A DNA stretch of 48,313 bases, filler included, from Jimgerdemannia flammicorona (Eukaryota): assembly GCA_003990765.1 (NCBI GenBank). It is 2 parts of 2 records of this genome, joined end to end, with 100 filler letters (N's around TTAATTAATTAA, not from the genome) between each part and the next. Parts side by side here need not be neighbours in the genome. Positions count along the whole stretch, not along the records: positions 24,213 to 48,313 come from RBNJ01001021.1; 1 more part is not named here. One strand, given 5' to 3'. The translations under genes and the position numbers were made by a program. Positions 24,213 to 36,400 of the stretch are shown here, piece by piece; within the stretch, counting starts at the first letter, position 1; each line of letters opens with the position of its first letter. The notes under the pieces are model-generated. The model did not search any database. It had not been told where the DNA came from and saw nothing but the letters and a program-made list of their open reading frames with translations.

Positions 24213-27200
24213 AAAAAAAAAAGGGAAGGAAAATCCAAAAGGAGCTGCTGGCAAAGCTGGGTGAGAGTAGAGCCGGTGGAGGCACAGGGGAGGGGGATGC
24301 AAGATTGCAGATGAGCACCTAGGCTGTGGGAGGCGAAAGGGCCCATAGTGGGGCTCAGGCTGAATTGGAGGAGGAGAGAGAAGACAGTATAGAGGCAGAT
24401 GCAGAAATGGGCAAAGGGGCATACCCTCAGTATAGTGTCCCAGATGGAGCTGAGGGGGAGGAGAAACTTCTGGATGTGCTAGATGAGGAGTGGGATGAGT
24501 CAGTGAGGAGGAGTACTCTGGTGGACCCAGAGGTAGATGGGGGGCAAATCATCCAGGGTACAGCAGAGGCAGTGGATGAGGAGAAATGGATGTGGAAGAC
24601 CCTAGAAGGGGTAGTGGCAGAGGAGCTAGGGGGAGAGGATTTCAGAGTTATGGAAGAGAGGAATTGGGAGGAAATCCTACAAGGGGAGAAGGTGCCAAGG
24701 AAGATGAGGAATGAGATCCTGGCTGTCCTCCTAGAGTCGGTTGAATATCAAGTCAATAATCAGAGAGAGGAGGAACTTAGGGAGATTGTGAGTGACCAGG
24801 TACTATACTTATGGAACTTGAGGAAGAGACTGGAGAAGTGATATACAGTCTGTATAAACTACTGGTCAGAAATAGAGATAGTGGATAGGGTGGAATGTCA
24901 GGAAATCTTGGAGGCACTGGATGCTCAGGCTAATGCAGAGGGTGACTTGGAAGCTGAATGGCGCTTGGATCTGGCTGGGGATGAGATGAGTATAGAATAC
25001 TAGACTGGGGTCTCAATTGCAACATTCTTTCAATATGAACAGTACAATTAGAATATTCTCTTTGAACATAAATGGGTTATGGGGGGCAGCTAGGAGGAAG
25101 CATATATTTGGATGGCTAAAGGGACTGGATGCAGACCTCTTTTTGTTGCAGGATATTTATTATGAGGCAGATGTAGATTTATAGGATTGGACTAAGGAAT
25201 GGGGGGGGGGTGGTAGTATGGAGGGGACAGGTGGGTATTCTTATTCGGAAAGGGATGGGGGACATTGGGGACATTGGACATTGGGAGTCTTGGGTGGTAT
25301 GAGGAGTGTGGAAGAGGCCTGGATGGGGCTTGTTGACAGTTGGGTCTTGCTACTACCCAGCTGATAGAGGGGAGAGAGTGAATTGGATTCGTGGGTTAAA
25401 AGAGTCTGGTGTCTTGGGTGAGGTTGGGTTGGACTGTCTGGGGGGTGACTTCAACATGGTATAGGATAAGGAGATGGACAGAACAGATAGAGGAAGTGGC
25501 ATGTGGAGTGAGAGTGGTGGGCTGGGTGACTGATTGGAGACAGAGAGATTGAGTTCTTTAGTGGACTTAAGAAGACAGTTTTGGGACAATTGGAAGATAT
25601 ACACTCACTGGGCAGCAGGGCTGGGCTCTAGAATTGACTGAGTTTTGACAGTAGAGTGCTGGGGAGCAGATATCTGGATGGCACTGGAGGTAGTTTGGTG
25701 TCCATGGTCTGATCACTGGGGGCTGCTAGAAGGGGGGAGGTTTGGGGGAAGTGAGGATGGGCCTGGATATTGGTGACTGAATTCTTCCTTATTGGAGGAT
25801 GGTGTTTTGTAGGAGGATTGGGAAAAGGAGGTTATTGAGAATATTGAAAGGTGGTGGGAACAGGGCTTGGGGATTGGGGACTGCTAGAGGAGACTGAAGG
25901 CAAATGCTCAGGAGTATTGGAGAGAAGCAGGGAAAGAAAGGTGTGCTCAATGATGGTGGTGGGTGCTGTGGGCCTTACAGCATCTGGCAGCACTCATGGG
26001 GAGATAGACAGGTGTGCTGGAGGATGGGGAGGTGACCAACTGGTATATTGGGAGGATCCATAAGAAGGTGAAGGAGCTTAAAGGAGTGTTACAAAGAGAG
26101 GAGGAAGTGAGGCTGCAGGAGATGGTAGCCCGGCTGCAGTGGCAGGGACTTGAGGAGGGGGAGAGGCCTACTAGGTTTTTATCATGGTTGTTACAAGCAT
26201 GATGAACAAAGCAGTGGTGGGAGGGAGTCCTGGATATGAATGGTGAGCTGGTGGTGGGAACTCTGGTGATTCTGGGTATACTGTGAAATCATTGGGAGAG
26301 TCTATAGAGTAAGAAGGAAGGTGGGGTGGATGCCTTGGACATTGAAAGGCAGCTGGGGGATTGGCACCCAAGCCCTGCAATAGGTCTAGGGTCTTTGGGG
26401 GACCCAGTGAGTGGAGAGGAAATCTGCAAGATTGTGGCCTCGGCGAGTAAGAGGACAGCTCTGGGGGAGGATGGACTTCTCTGGGATTTCTGGAAAAAGA
26501 TAGCTAGGGTGAGTGAGGTACTGGAAGAAATGACCACTATGTATAGTGAGGTTCTTCAGTCTGGTACTTGGATAGGGGGCCAATGCCTAGGGCTAGTCTC
26601 CTTACTCTATAAGAATAAGAGGAGGCAGGAAGATTGGAAGAACTGGCAGCTGATCATGCTACTCGATATGGACTGCAAACTGGTGATGAAGATCTTGGTG
26701 ATGAGGCTGCAAGGAATTGCTCAGCAAGTGCTGGGGGTGGAGCAGCATGGATTTGTCAGTGGCCAGTTGATTCAAGATGGGACAGCTTGGGTATATGGTA
26801 TGATTAAAGGTGCTCAGGCTATAGGGGTGGATGGGTGGTTGGTATTTCTGGATCAGGAGAAGGCATATGATAGAGTGCAGAGGATCTGGCTAGAGAGAGT
26901 GCTGAAATGGATTGGTATTTCCCTGGAGTTCTGAGGATCATTGATTGGCCTCTTGGAGAACAGTCAGGCTGCATTGGTCATCAATAGCCACAGGGGTGTG
27001 GCTTTTCCCCTAGGTCGTGGGGTGCCACAAGGTGACCCCTTGTCACCAATATTGTATGCCCTCTCCCTGGAGCCTCTACTGGACAGGATTCAGTATCGAA
27101 TCAGAGGTTTGGATATTCTAGGGATAAATTGGAAGGTGGGGGCCTTTGCTGATGATATGGTGATTGGACTGGGCTCCTTGGTGGATATGGGGGAGTTACA

Positions 27201-28781
27201 GCATTCTGTGGAATGGTATGAGAGAGGATCTGGTGCTAAACTAAACTGGCACAAATGTGAGACTCTGGTGCTGGGTGCTGGAATTATTAGTGATGATATA
27301 ATTGAGATAGTGGTGCCAGCTAGTGAACCAGTGCATTATTTGGAGATCTACTTCTCAGTGTTTGGATCTCTTCTTCCCTGTGCATAGTGAAGCCGACAAC
27401 TTCTGGAGTGGGGAAATGTTCTGCTGCGATGGGGAGGTTGGCATATGTCCTTGGCCAGAAGGGTGATGGTACTGAATGTATATTAGATACTGAAGCTGTA
27501 GTATGTGGGGTATCATTTGGATTTCCTGACCTGAGTGGTTCAGGGGCTATTGAAGATGGTGAGATCATGGATCTGGAGAGGGCAGTGAAGTCAGGTGGGT
27601 TGGGAGGTACTCACCCTGCCAGTGGAGAGAGGTGGGCTGGGCTTAGTGGACTTTACTAAGCAGCTTCATTGTTTGAGAGCTTGGTGGTTGAGGAGGGCAA
27701 GTGAGCTGAGGGGTCAGGAGTGGGTGCCACTTATACAGAGGGTGTGGGAGGTTTGGTATTCCTCTTGTGGAGACTCTGGTGACCTGCTTGTGATGGTGGC
27801 CATGGATGGGGACAGGAGGATGAGGTTCACAGACTTCTGGTGGGGGGTGGTAGATAGTGCTAAGAAAATTGAACTTCGGTGGTGAGGTGATGAAGCAGAG
27901 GAGGATTGGGGACTGCAGATGTGATGGTGGGACAGGCTTTTACTGGGTGGTGTTCTGGTGGAGGATTTCCAGCTTGGAGAGGGTATGGAGTACCTGTAGG
28001 GCTTGAGGGGAGACCTGTGGCCCGAAGCCTGGCAGAGGGTTGGAATTGGTGAGGAGTGGGATTGGAATGGACTCTGGCTTTGGAGCAAGCAGATGAGGCA
28101 GTGGCTGTCCCCCAAGTTCTAGGTGGTGTGGTGGTGAGTCCTATGGTGGAATGTGATGTTGAACTATCAGTCTGGGCACTTGGTGGATGGTGGCATATTT
28201 GAGTGTGAGGAATGTTTCAATATTGGTCAGGAGGGTAGAATGGTACAAATGTCTGAACATTGGCTTAGTGAGTGTGAGGTTTTGGAGGAGTTTTGGAGAT
28301 ATATCATGGACCAGTTAGGGCTGTGTGCCCTGGAGGGGGGGGAAGGGGGGAGATGGGGAGAGCTCCACCAAAGACTGGTCGGTAGAGTTGGGGATGAATG
28401 GCTGACCCTTGGCTAGGCTCTGGTCATGTGGATTGGGTTAGTTGGGCATTGGGTACATGTATTTGAGAAGGGTCAGCAGGTGGGGGTTGGGGACAAGGTG
28501 ACACATTGGGAATGATTATTACTGGACATTTTGAATGGCTGGTAGTGAGGGTGGGGGCTGGGTAAGGGGAATTACAGGGGTTTGGTACAGTGTATCTCCT
28601 GGAAGAGTGGTGGGAGGATTCAGGTGGTGGGTGACTGGGTTGTACTCAGGCAGGGGGAGGTTGAGGGAGTAGGGATAGGTCCACAGAGTATTGGTTGAGG
28701 GTTTGGAGTGACATTGTATTGTTAGAATTATAGATGGTAGTAATAAAGGGCAGTCCAAGTGACTTAAAAAAAAAAAAAAAA
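24213..28781 (+). mobile_element. Degenerate L1/Tx1-like LINE (ORF1 tail + ORF2 APE-RT-CCHC) with poly(A)
   Basis: APE motifs LLQD, GGDFN, SRID, SDH; GPGYW*LNSSLL; EGERPTRF. RT motifs QHGF, FLDQEKAYDRV, RGVPQGDPLSP, FADD; then GGLGL and C-terminal CEEC..EHWLSEC. AATAAA at 28742-28747 and A-tail at 28766-28781. Confidence 0.93.
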
Positions 28782-30174
28782 GATATCTAATATCAGCTCT
28801 TTTAGAACTAAACTGATTGTCTTATATTGTATAGTAAATTTATCTCATTATTATAGAGATGATCAGATCAATACAATTAGTTTGTGTAGCTTAGAAATAA
28901 TACTCAGAGTTCCTTCACTTCTAGATATTTTATCTATACATAAGATACTTCTGAATAGTAAGATTTAGTATATGGGTCTGATAATATATATAGCAGTTTT
29001 CTATACTGAAGGCTATATTTTCCTATTGAAGGCTTTGCTAAATTTTAGAAAAATATTGAATTATTTGTAGCATTATCTATCATAATGGTCAAAATCTGTA
29101 CTTGAAATTTTCAGTTAGCAAATTTATATAAAAATAAATAACTATTAAAATCTGGTTTGTTTTAAGACCTCTCTCAAAATGCCAACCAGATAGCAAGCCC
29201 CCTCTTTTTATCTTGATTATAATTCCAAGCTCCCAAATATAACTAATAAAATATCTGTAATGTTTTCTTCAGAATGAGAATCAGTAAGTTTAATAAAGTC
29301 AAGAGTAAGAGATTTAAGTTGCTAATTAAGATCAATCTAATAACTAGTAATACCCAGAAATAAAATTGTATTAAAGAATATTTATATATCAATTATAAAT
29401 GAAATTCTACCTACTAAATTCTATTTATTGAATGTGAGATTAAATTGATAAACTATATATATATATATTATTTAGCTTGCAATAGTTATAGTATTGCTCT
29501 TATTTATTTATTTTATCTAAAGTGTCTAGTAAAGATTATTATACTCCTTCCTATAGGCCTCCAGAATATCTTTGTGAATAGTATCAATATTTAGCAAATA
29601 TAAATCATACTTGAGGAGGTTAAAGATACTATACAATTAGTTATTCTTAATAGTTATGAATAGTTGGTCTATATATACAATTTAGCAAATGAGTCAATTT
29701 TGAAATTCTGCTAAAGAATATGATTAAATATTTTTAATTAAATAGAGTTATTAATATAGAAATAGTTAAGTAATTAGATAAATATACTTACCATCGCTTG
29801 GATATTGATTTTATTTATTTTTGTATTCTTTTTAATTTTGTTAGAGTATTTTGTCTTTTATATATAATATATATTTAAAGTTGAACTACTAAGTATTTTG
29901 AACTTCTAGCTATATAGTATAAAGAGATTGGTAGAAATAATATAATATATATATCAAATAAAAACATCAGTTATATTATAAATATATCTTCTTTTTTAAT
30001 TTTTTACCTATAATAATTATAAATAATATTATCTTCAGTCTTAGTATAATATTATCAGATTTTGGAATGAGAATTATATAGAAGGTATAGAGCTATCAAG
30101 AATATTTAACTTGAAATATTATCAGTACTATGAATTATTGAAGACTGATCTATTGACATATATGTTTATATATT

Positions 30175-30208
<34 letters not shown>

Positions 30209-30597
30209 TATATTTATATATTATATATATAGACATATTGAATATATGAGTCATGTAGAGAATTTGGATTAGAGAATTTAAATTAAAGAATTCAGATTAG
30301 ATGATTCAAATTAAATAATTCAAATTGAATAATTCAGATTAACTAATTTAGATTAAATAATTCAGATTGAATAATTCAGATTGAGTAATTTGAATTGAGT
30401 AATTTAGATTGAGTAATTCAGATTAAGTAGTTCAGATTGAGTAATTTGAATAGAGTAATTTGGATAGAGTAATTTAGATAGAGTGATTCAGATTAATCTA
30501 AGTTAATTCAGATTGTTTCAGATTTGAGATTTGGATCAAACTATCATATAATGAATTGAATTAAGATTTGATTTGAATTAACTTATTTAAAGTACTA
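28782..30597 (-). mobile_element. 5' part of a highly decayed hAT DNA transposon
   Basis: Minus strand ~29420-29255 reads GRISFIIDI*IFFNTILFLGITSY*IDLN*QLKSLTLDFIKLTDSHSEENI, matching the hAT transposase SFTTDxW..FLGIT.HWID..HSGENI region. Terminus TAGTACTT at 30597, with subterminal repeats. Confidence 0.8.
30255..30500. repeat. 14-bp subterminal tandem repeat (GATTGAGTAATTCA, ~17 copies)
   Basis: Clear 14-bp periodicity at 30351-30495. An adjacent (TA)n-rich tract lies at ~30165-30232. Confidence 0.9.
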
Positions 30598-33194
30598 CTG
30601 GCAGATAATAATAAGTATTTGAATATCTTAAGATCTATTTGATCCAAGTATCTATCTTGAAAAGATCTGACTGATCTCAAAAGTTTATTCTATAAATAGA
30701 TATAAGCTCAATTGAACTAAGAGCAGTCCTTGTATAAAAGAAAAATAAAGTCAAATATGTGGTTATATATCTCAGTTAAAAAACTCATAAAGGAGAAAGA
30801 GAATATGAATTCTATAAGCTAGAGTATCTTATAGTTATTTAGACTATAGAAAAGTTTCACTACTATCTTATTAGAAGATACTTTACTATTCTGACTAATT
30901 ATTCAGCTCTTACCTAGTTGTTGACCACTAGTCAATCTAAAGGAATATTTATTAAATAGATTATAAAACTATAAGCTCATAATACAATCATTATATACTA
31001 TTTAGAAAGAATCAATACTAATATAAATATACTTGTATAGATACTCTGAAAGACTTATAATTAGTAAAACCAAAATGAATAAGAAACTTTACTATAGAAT
31101 TATCACCTATCTGAAATAGTAAAAGATGTCTCAATACTTAAAAGAATAGATATAAATAATTATCAACAAAAGCTAGAAATAATTCAAAACTGATAGAGAA
31201 ATACTAAAGAAAGAAAAACTACTAGTTATATCAGAATATAAGAAGAAATAAATAATGAAATCAATATATAAACTTAGCCATTTAAGAGAAATAAATACCT
31301 ATGACAAAGTAAGAAGAATAATATAGTAGTCTGAAATAGAGAAAGATATCAGATGATTTGTTAAGATCTGTGACAAATATTAGAAACAGAAGTAAGATTA
31401 GTAAAACCAGATACCAGAATCAGCAGATATAAAATTAGTATTATTTATCTATATTATAATAAATATAATTAGCCTACTACTCTTGATATTAACTAATAAC
31501 TAATATATTATTATTATTATAGACCTCTTTATAAAATAAATAGAAGCAGAATCCCTTAAAGAAGCTAATGTATAGTTAATTGCTAATTTTTTCTATAGAA
31601 AAATCATCTGTTAATTTAAGATACTAAAGTAAGTAACAATAGATAGAAGAATAGAATTTATGAATCAGCTCTTTGAGGTTCTATATAAGAAGTATAAAAT
31701 TTAGCATATAGACTAAAAAGATCAATAATATATTCAAAAGTATTATTATTAAGATCTGTAATAATTATAAGAATTAGAACTACTATTTATTAATTGCATT
31801 ATCTGTTCTCTAGAATATATAATTACAAAATACTCATTTCATCTCTTGAGAATTACTATTTAGAGAAGAAAGATCTGAAAGAACTCTATTATTCAATAGA
31901 GATACAATATGGAAATATATAAATACTGAGATATAAAGATTGTATTAAATAAGAAAAAAGGCTAAAGATTATATAATTAAGATATAAATATTATAATAGA
32001 ATAATATAGAGATGATTTACAAATCCTTGGATTATTAAGATATATAGGAGAAAAAGTCCTAGTATATTAGAATATAGTGAAAACTTCATAATTATAAAAA
32101 CTAAAGCCTAAGTGAGAAGGATCTTACCTTGTGTAAAATATAAAAAAAACTATTTTTTGACTATAAAAACTATTAGATATAATCATCTTTACTATTATCT
32201 ATTAAAATCAACTTAAGAAGTATTATGACTAATCAACAAAGTATTACTCTGGTTCTCAAAATTACAAATATTATATAGTGAGCTATAAAAAGACAATAGT
32301 GTTCCACTGAGCTACCAATTATAGAGAAATTCTTTAATAATATTTAAAGTATTATACAGACCCATCTATCATAAATTTCATACTTTTAAAGTCTACCAAT
32401 ATCATGCTGAGTTTTAAAAGTACTTCAAGTTAGAGAAATTACTAAATAAAAGAAATATAACTAAAGAAGAATAGATTGTAGAGTGTCAGATATCCTATAC
32501 CCAGATCACTATAGCCAAGCAGATTTATAAATTATTTAAAAATAATAAGCAAGCTCTAGTCTATTTTCAAGAAGTAGTTCCAGAAGATTTCTAATAGGTA
32601 AAAAAAAAAACATTATTGGGAGATAAAATTAAGTAGATTATATAGTATAAGAATATATAATTGGTCAAAGTATAAGAGTTTGAATAAGATAATTCAGAGA
32701 TCAAATTACTTATTTAGAAAAAAGTTATAATAGTTGATCCAAATTAGAAATAATAATTAGAGAATAGATATTTGATTATGATATTTGAATCTGATTCCTA
32801 ATATAATATAGCATTATAGTTTAGTAGTCACTCAATCTCTCAGTTATATAATTTATACTATATATTATATGAAAAGCACAGATCTTAACTATATAGATTT
32901 TACAGATATATAAATCTCTCAACTGTACAAAATGACTTATAAAAAAAGAAATCATAGCTTAATCACTATATAGCTAGTAAACTTGTATAAATATTTTTAG
33001 TATCTAGAATAAATAAATAAATCTCAGATCAAAATAGTTTAAACAAAGAGACAAGAAACTAGTAAGCCTGCAAGCAGATATACTTTAAACTCATCCACCC
33101 CTATATCTAAGAACTCTGAGAAGTCAAAGAAGATTAAGTATTCAAGATAAAGAAATCTGCCACACTTCTGCTAGTATATATCCACTATATTACA
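30598..33194 (+). mobile_element. 3' half of a second family-1 Gypsy copy (RNase H-INT-ORF3-LTR), very AT-mutated
   Basis: Colinear with 5803-8419. 3' LTR at 32726-33194 ends TATTACA. Begins exactly at the hAT terminus. Confidence 0.9.
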
Positions 33195-33446
33195 TTATTT
33201 ATAAAAGTAAGAAAATTAATATATATAATAATCTTAATTTTATCATATAAATATATAATACTTTATATAGTTTTAATATAGAAGAGATTTAGTTTAATCA
33301 GTTATAAATTCTTTTACAAAGAATAATCTAGTGTGTGAACCCATCATGGCTGATGCTGTTGTGAGAATACAAATAGAAGATGAACAAACAGATCATTAGC
33401 TAATTTCCTTACACAGACACACAATGCTCACACAGTTTTGACATAC

Positions 33447-36400
33447 TTTAGAGATTCAGTTCGTCGTGTTCTGCTTCAGAGACTCAGCTAGGAGGCGCTC
33501 TCCTTCCTTGCTAATATTATTCACTTTAAAATGAACAAGGGATGAAAGAACACGCATAGATGATTGGCTTGATCCCATCATACAGTCACATACAATGCTT
33601 CACACAATACTGACATACCAAAGAGATCGGTCAAGGTCGTGTTGTGCCTCAGAGACTCGGCTAGGGCACGTGCTCCCTCTTCGCCAATATAATTTCCTTT
33701 AAAATGAACAGGAGATGGACGGACCATTAGCTTGATCCCATCATGCAGCCATACACAATGCTTCACACAGTTCCAACATACCATAGAGATCTAGCCCGGT
33801 CAAGGTCGTGTTCTGCTTCAGAGACTCAGCTAGGGCGCATATACCCTCCTTGTGAATTTCATTCCCTTTAAAATGAACAGGGGATGGGCAGTTCATTAAC
33901 TTAATTATGTCACACAGCCGCGCACAATGCTCTACACAGTTCTGACATACTTTTGAGATCCAGCTCGGTCAAAGTCGTGTTCTGCTTCAGATACTCAGCT
34001 AGGGCGCATGCCCCCTCCTCGCCAATATTATTATCTTTAAAATGAACAGGAAATGAGCGAACATGCGCTCGATTCCATCACACAGCCGCACACAGTTCCG
34101 ACATACCAGAGAGATTCAGCTTAGTCAAGGTCGTGTTCTGCTTCAAAGACTCAACTAGGGCGTGTGCTCCCTCCTTGCCAATATTATTCACTTTAAAATG
34201 AACAGGAAATGAGGGAACACGCACAGATCGTTAGATTGAACACAATGCTTCACACAGTTCCAACATACAAGAAAGATTCAGCTCGGCCAAGGTCGTGTTC
34301 TGCTTCAGAAACTCGGCTAGGGTGCATGCCCCTTCCCCGCCAATACGATTCCCTTTAAAATAAACAAGACAGGAGCGAACACGCTCAGATCAGCTTGATT
34401 CCATCACGCAGCCGTACACAATGCTTCACACAGTTCCGACGTACAAGAGATATTCAACTCGGTCATGGCCGTGTTCTGCTTTAAAGACTCGGCTAGGGTG
34501 CGTGCTCCCTCCTTGCCAAAATAATTCTCTTTAAAATGAATATGAGATGAGCGAACTCGCACCGATCGTTAGCTTGATTCCATCACGCAGCCGCACACAA
34601 TGCTTCCCACAGTTCCAACATACTTTCGAGATCAAGCTTGGTCAAGGTCGTGTTCTGCTTCAGGGACTCGGCTAGGGCGCATGCCCCCTCCTCGCCAATA
34701 TTATTCCCTTTAAAACGAACAGGGGATGAGAAAACACGATTACATTACGCAGTCGTACACAATGCTTCATACAGTTCCGACATACTTCTGAGATTCAGCT
34801 CGGTCAAGGTCATATTCTGCTTCAGAGACTCAGCTAGGGCGCGTGCCCCCTCCTTGACAATCTCATTCTCTTTAAAGCGAATGCGCGAACACGAACATGT
34901 CGTTAGCTTGACTCCACCATGCAGCCGTAAACAATGCTTCACACAGTTCCGACATACCAGATAAATTAAGCTCGGTCAAGGTCGTATTCTGCTTCAGGGA
35001 CTCGGCTAGGGCGCGTGCTCCCTCCTCGTTAATGTTATTCGCTTTAAAGCGAACAGGGATGAGTGAATATGCACAGATCGTTAGATTGATTATATCACAC
35101 AGCCGCACACAATGTTTCACACAGTTCCGACATACCTTCGAGGTTCAGCTTGGTCAAGGTCGTGTTCTGCTTCAGAGACTCGGCTAGGGCGCGTGACCCC
35201 TCCTCGCCAAAATTATTATCTTTAAAATAAACAAGGTGTGAGCAGACATGCACAGATTGTTGGCTTGATTCCATCACGCAGCCGCATACAATGCTTCACA
35301 CAGTTACGACATACTTCCGAGATTCAGCTCGGTCAAGGTCGTGTTCTGCTTCAGAGACTCGGCTAAGGCGCGTGCCCCCTCTTCGCCAATATTATTTTCT
35401 TTAAAATGAACAGGGGAGAGTAGACACGCATATATCGTTAGGTTGATTCCATCATCAACCGCGCACAATGCCTCACACAGTTCCGACATACTTTCGAAAT
35501 TCAGCTCGGCCAAGGTCGTGTTCTGCTTCAGAGACTCGGCTAGGGCGTATGCTCCCTCCTTGCCAATAATATTCCCTTTAAAATGAACAGGGGACGAGCG
35601 AATGAGCACTGATCGTAAGTTTGATTAAATCACACAGCCGCACACAATGCTTCACACAGTTACGACATACTTCCGAGATCCAGGTTGTTCAAAGTTGTGT
35701 TCTGCTTCAGAGACTCGGCTAAGGCGCGTGCCCCCTCCTCGCCAATATTATTCCCTTTAAAATGAGCAGGGGATGAGCGGACAAACACACATATTCCATC
35801 GTGCAGCCACACACAATGCTTCATACAGTTCCAACATACAAGAGAGATTTAGCTTGGTCAAGGTTGTATTCTGCTTCAGAGTCTCGGCTAGGGCGCATGC
35901 CTCCTTCTCGCCAATCTTATTATCTTTAAAATGAACAGGGGATGAACAACCCATTATGCAGTCACACACAATATTTCACACAGTTCCGCCATACCAGAGA
36001 GATTCAGCTTGGTCAGGGTCGCGTTCTGCTTCAGAGATCCGGCTAGGGTGCTTGTTTCCTCCTCGCCAATATTATTATCTTTAAAATGAACAGGGGATGA
36101 GAAAATACACATATCGTTAGTCTGATTACATCATGCAGCCGCACACAATGCTTCACACAGTTCCGACATACCAGAGAGGTTCAGCTTAGTCAAAGTGGTG
36201 TTCTGCTTCAGAGACTCGGCTAGGGCGCGTGCCATCTCATCGCCAATATTATTTCCTTTAAAACGAACAGGGGATGAGCGAACATGCACTGGTCATTAGT
36301 TTGATTCCATCACGCAGCCGCACACAATGCTTCACACAGGTCCGACATACTTCTGAGATCCAGCTTGGTCAAGGTCGTGTTCTGCTTCAGAGATTCGACT

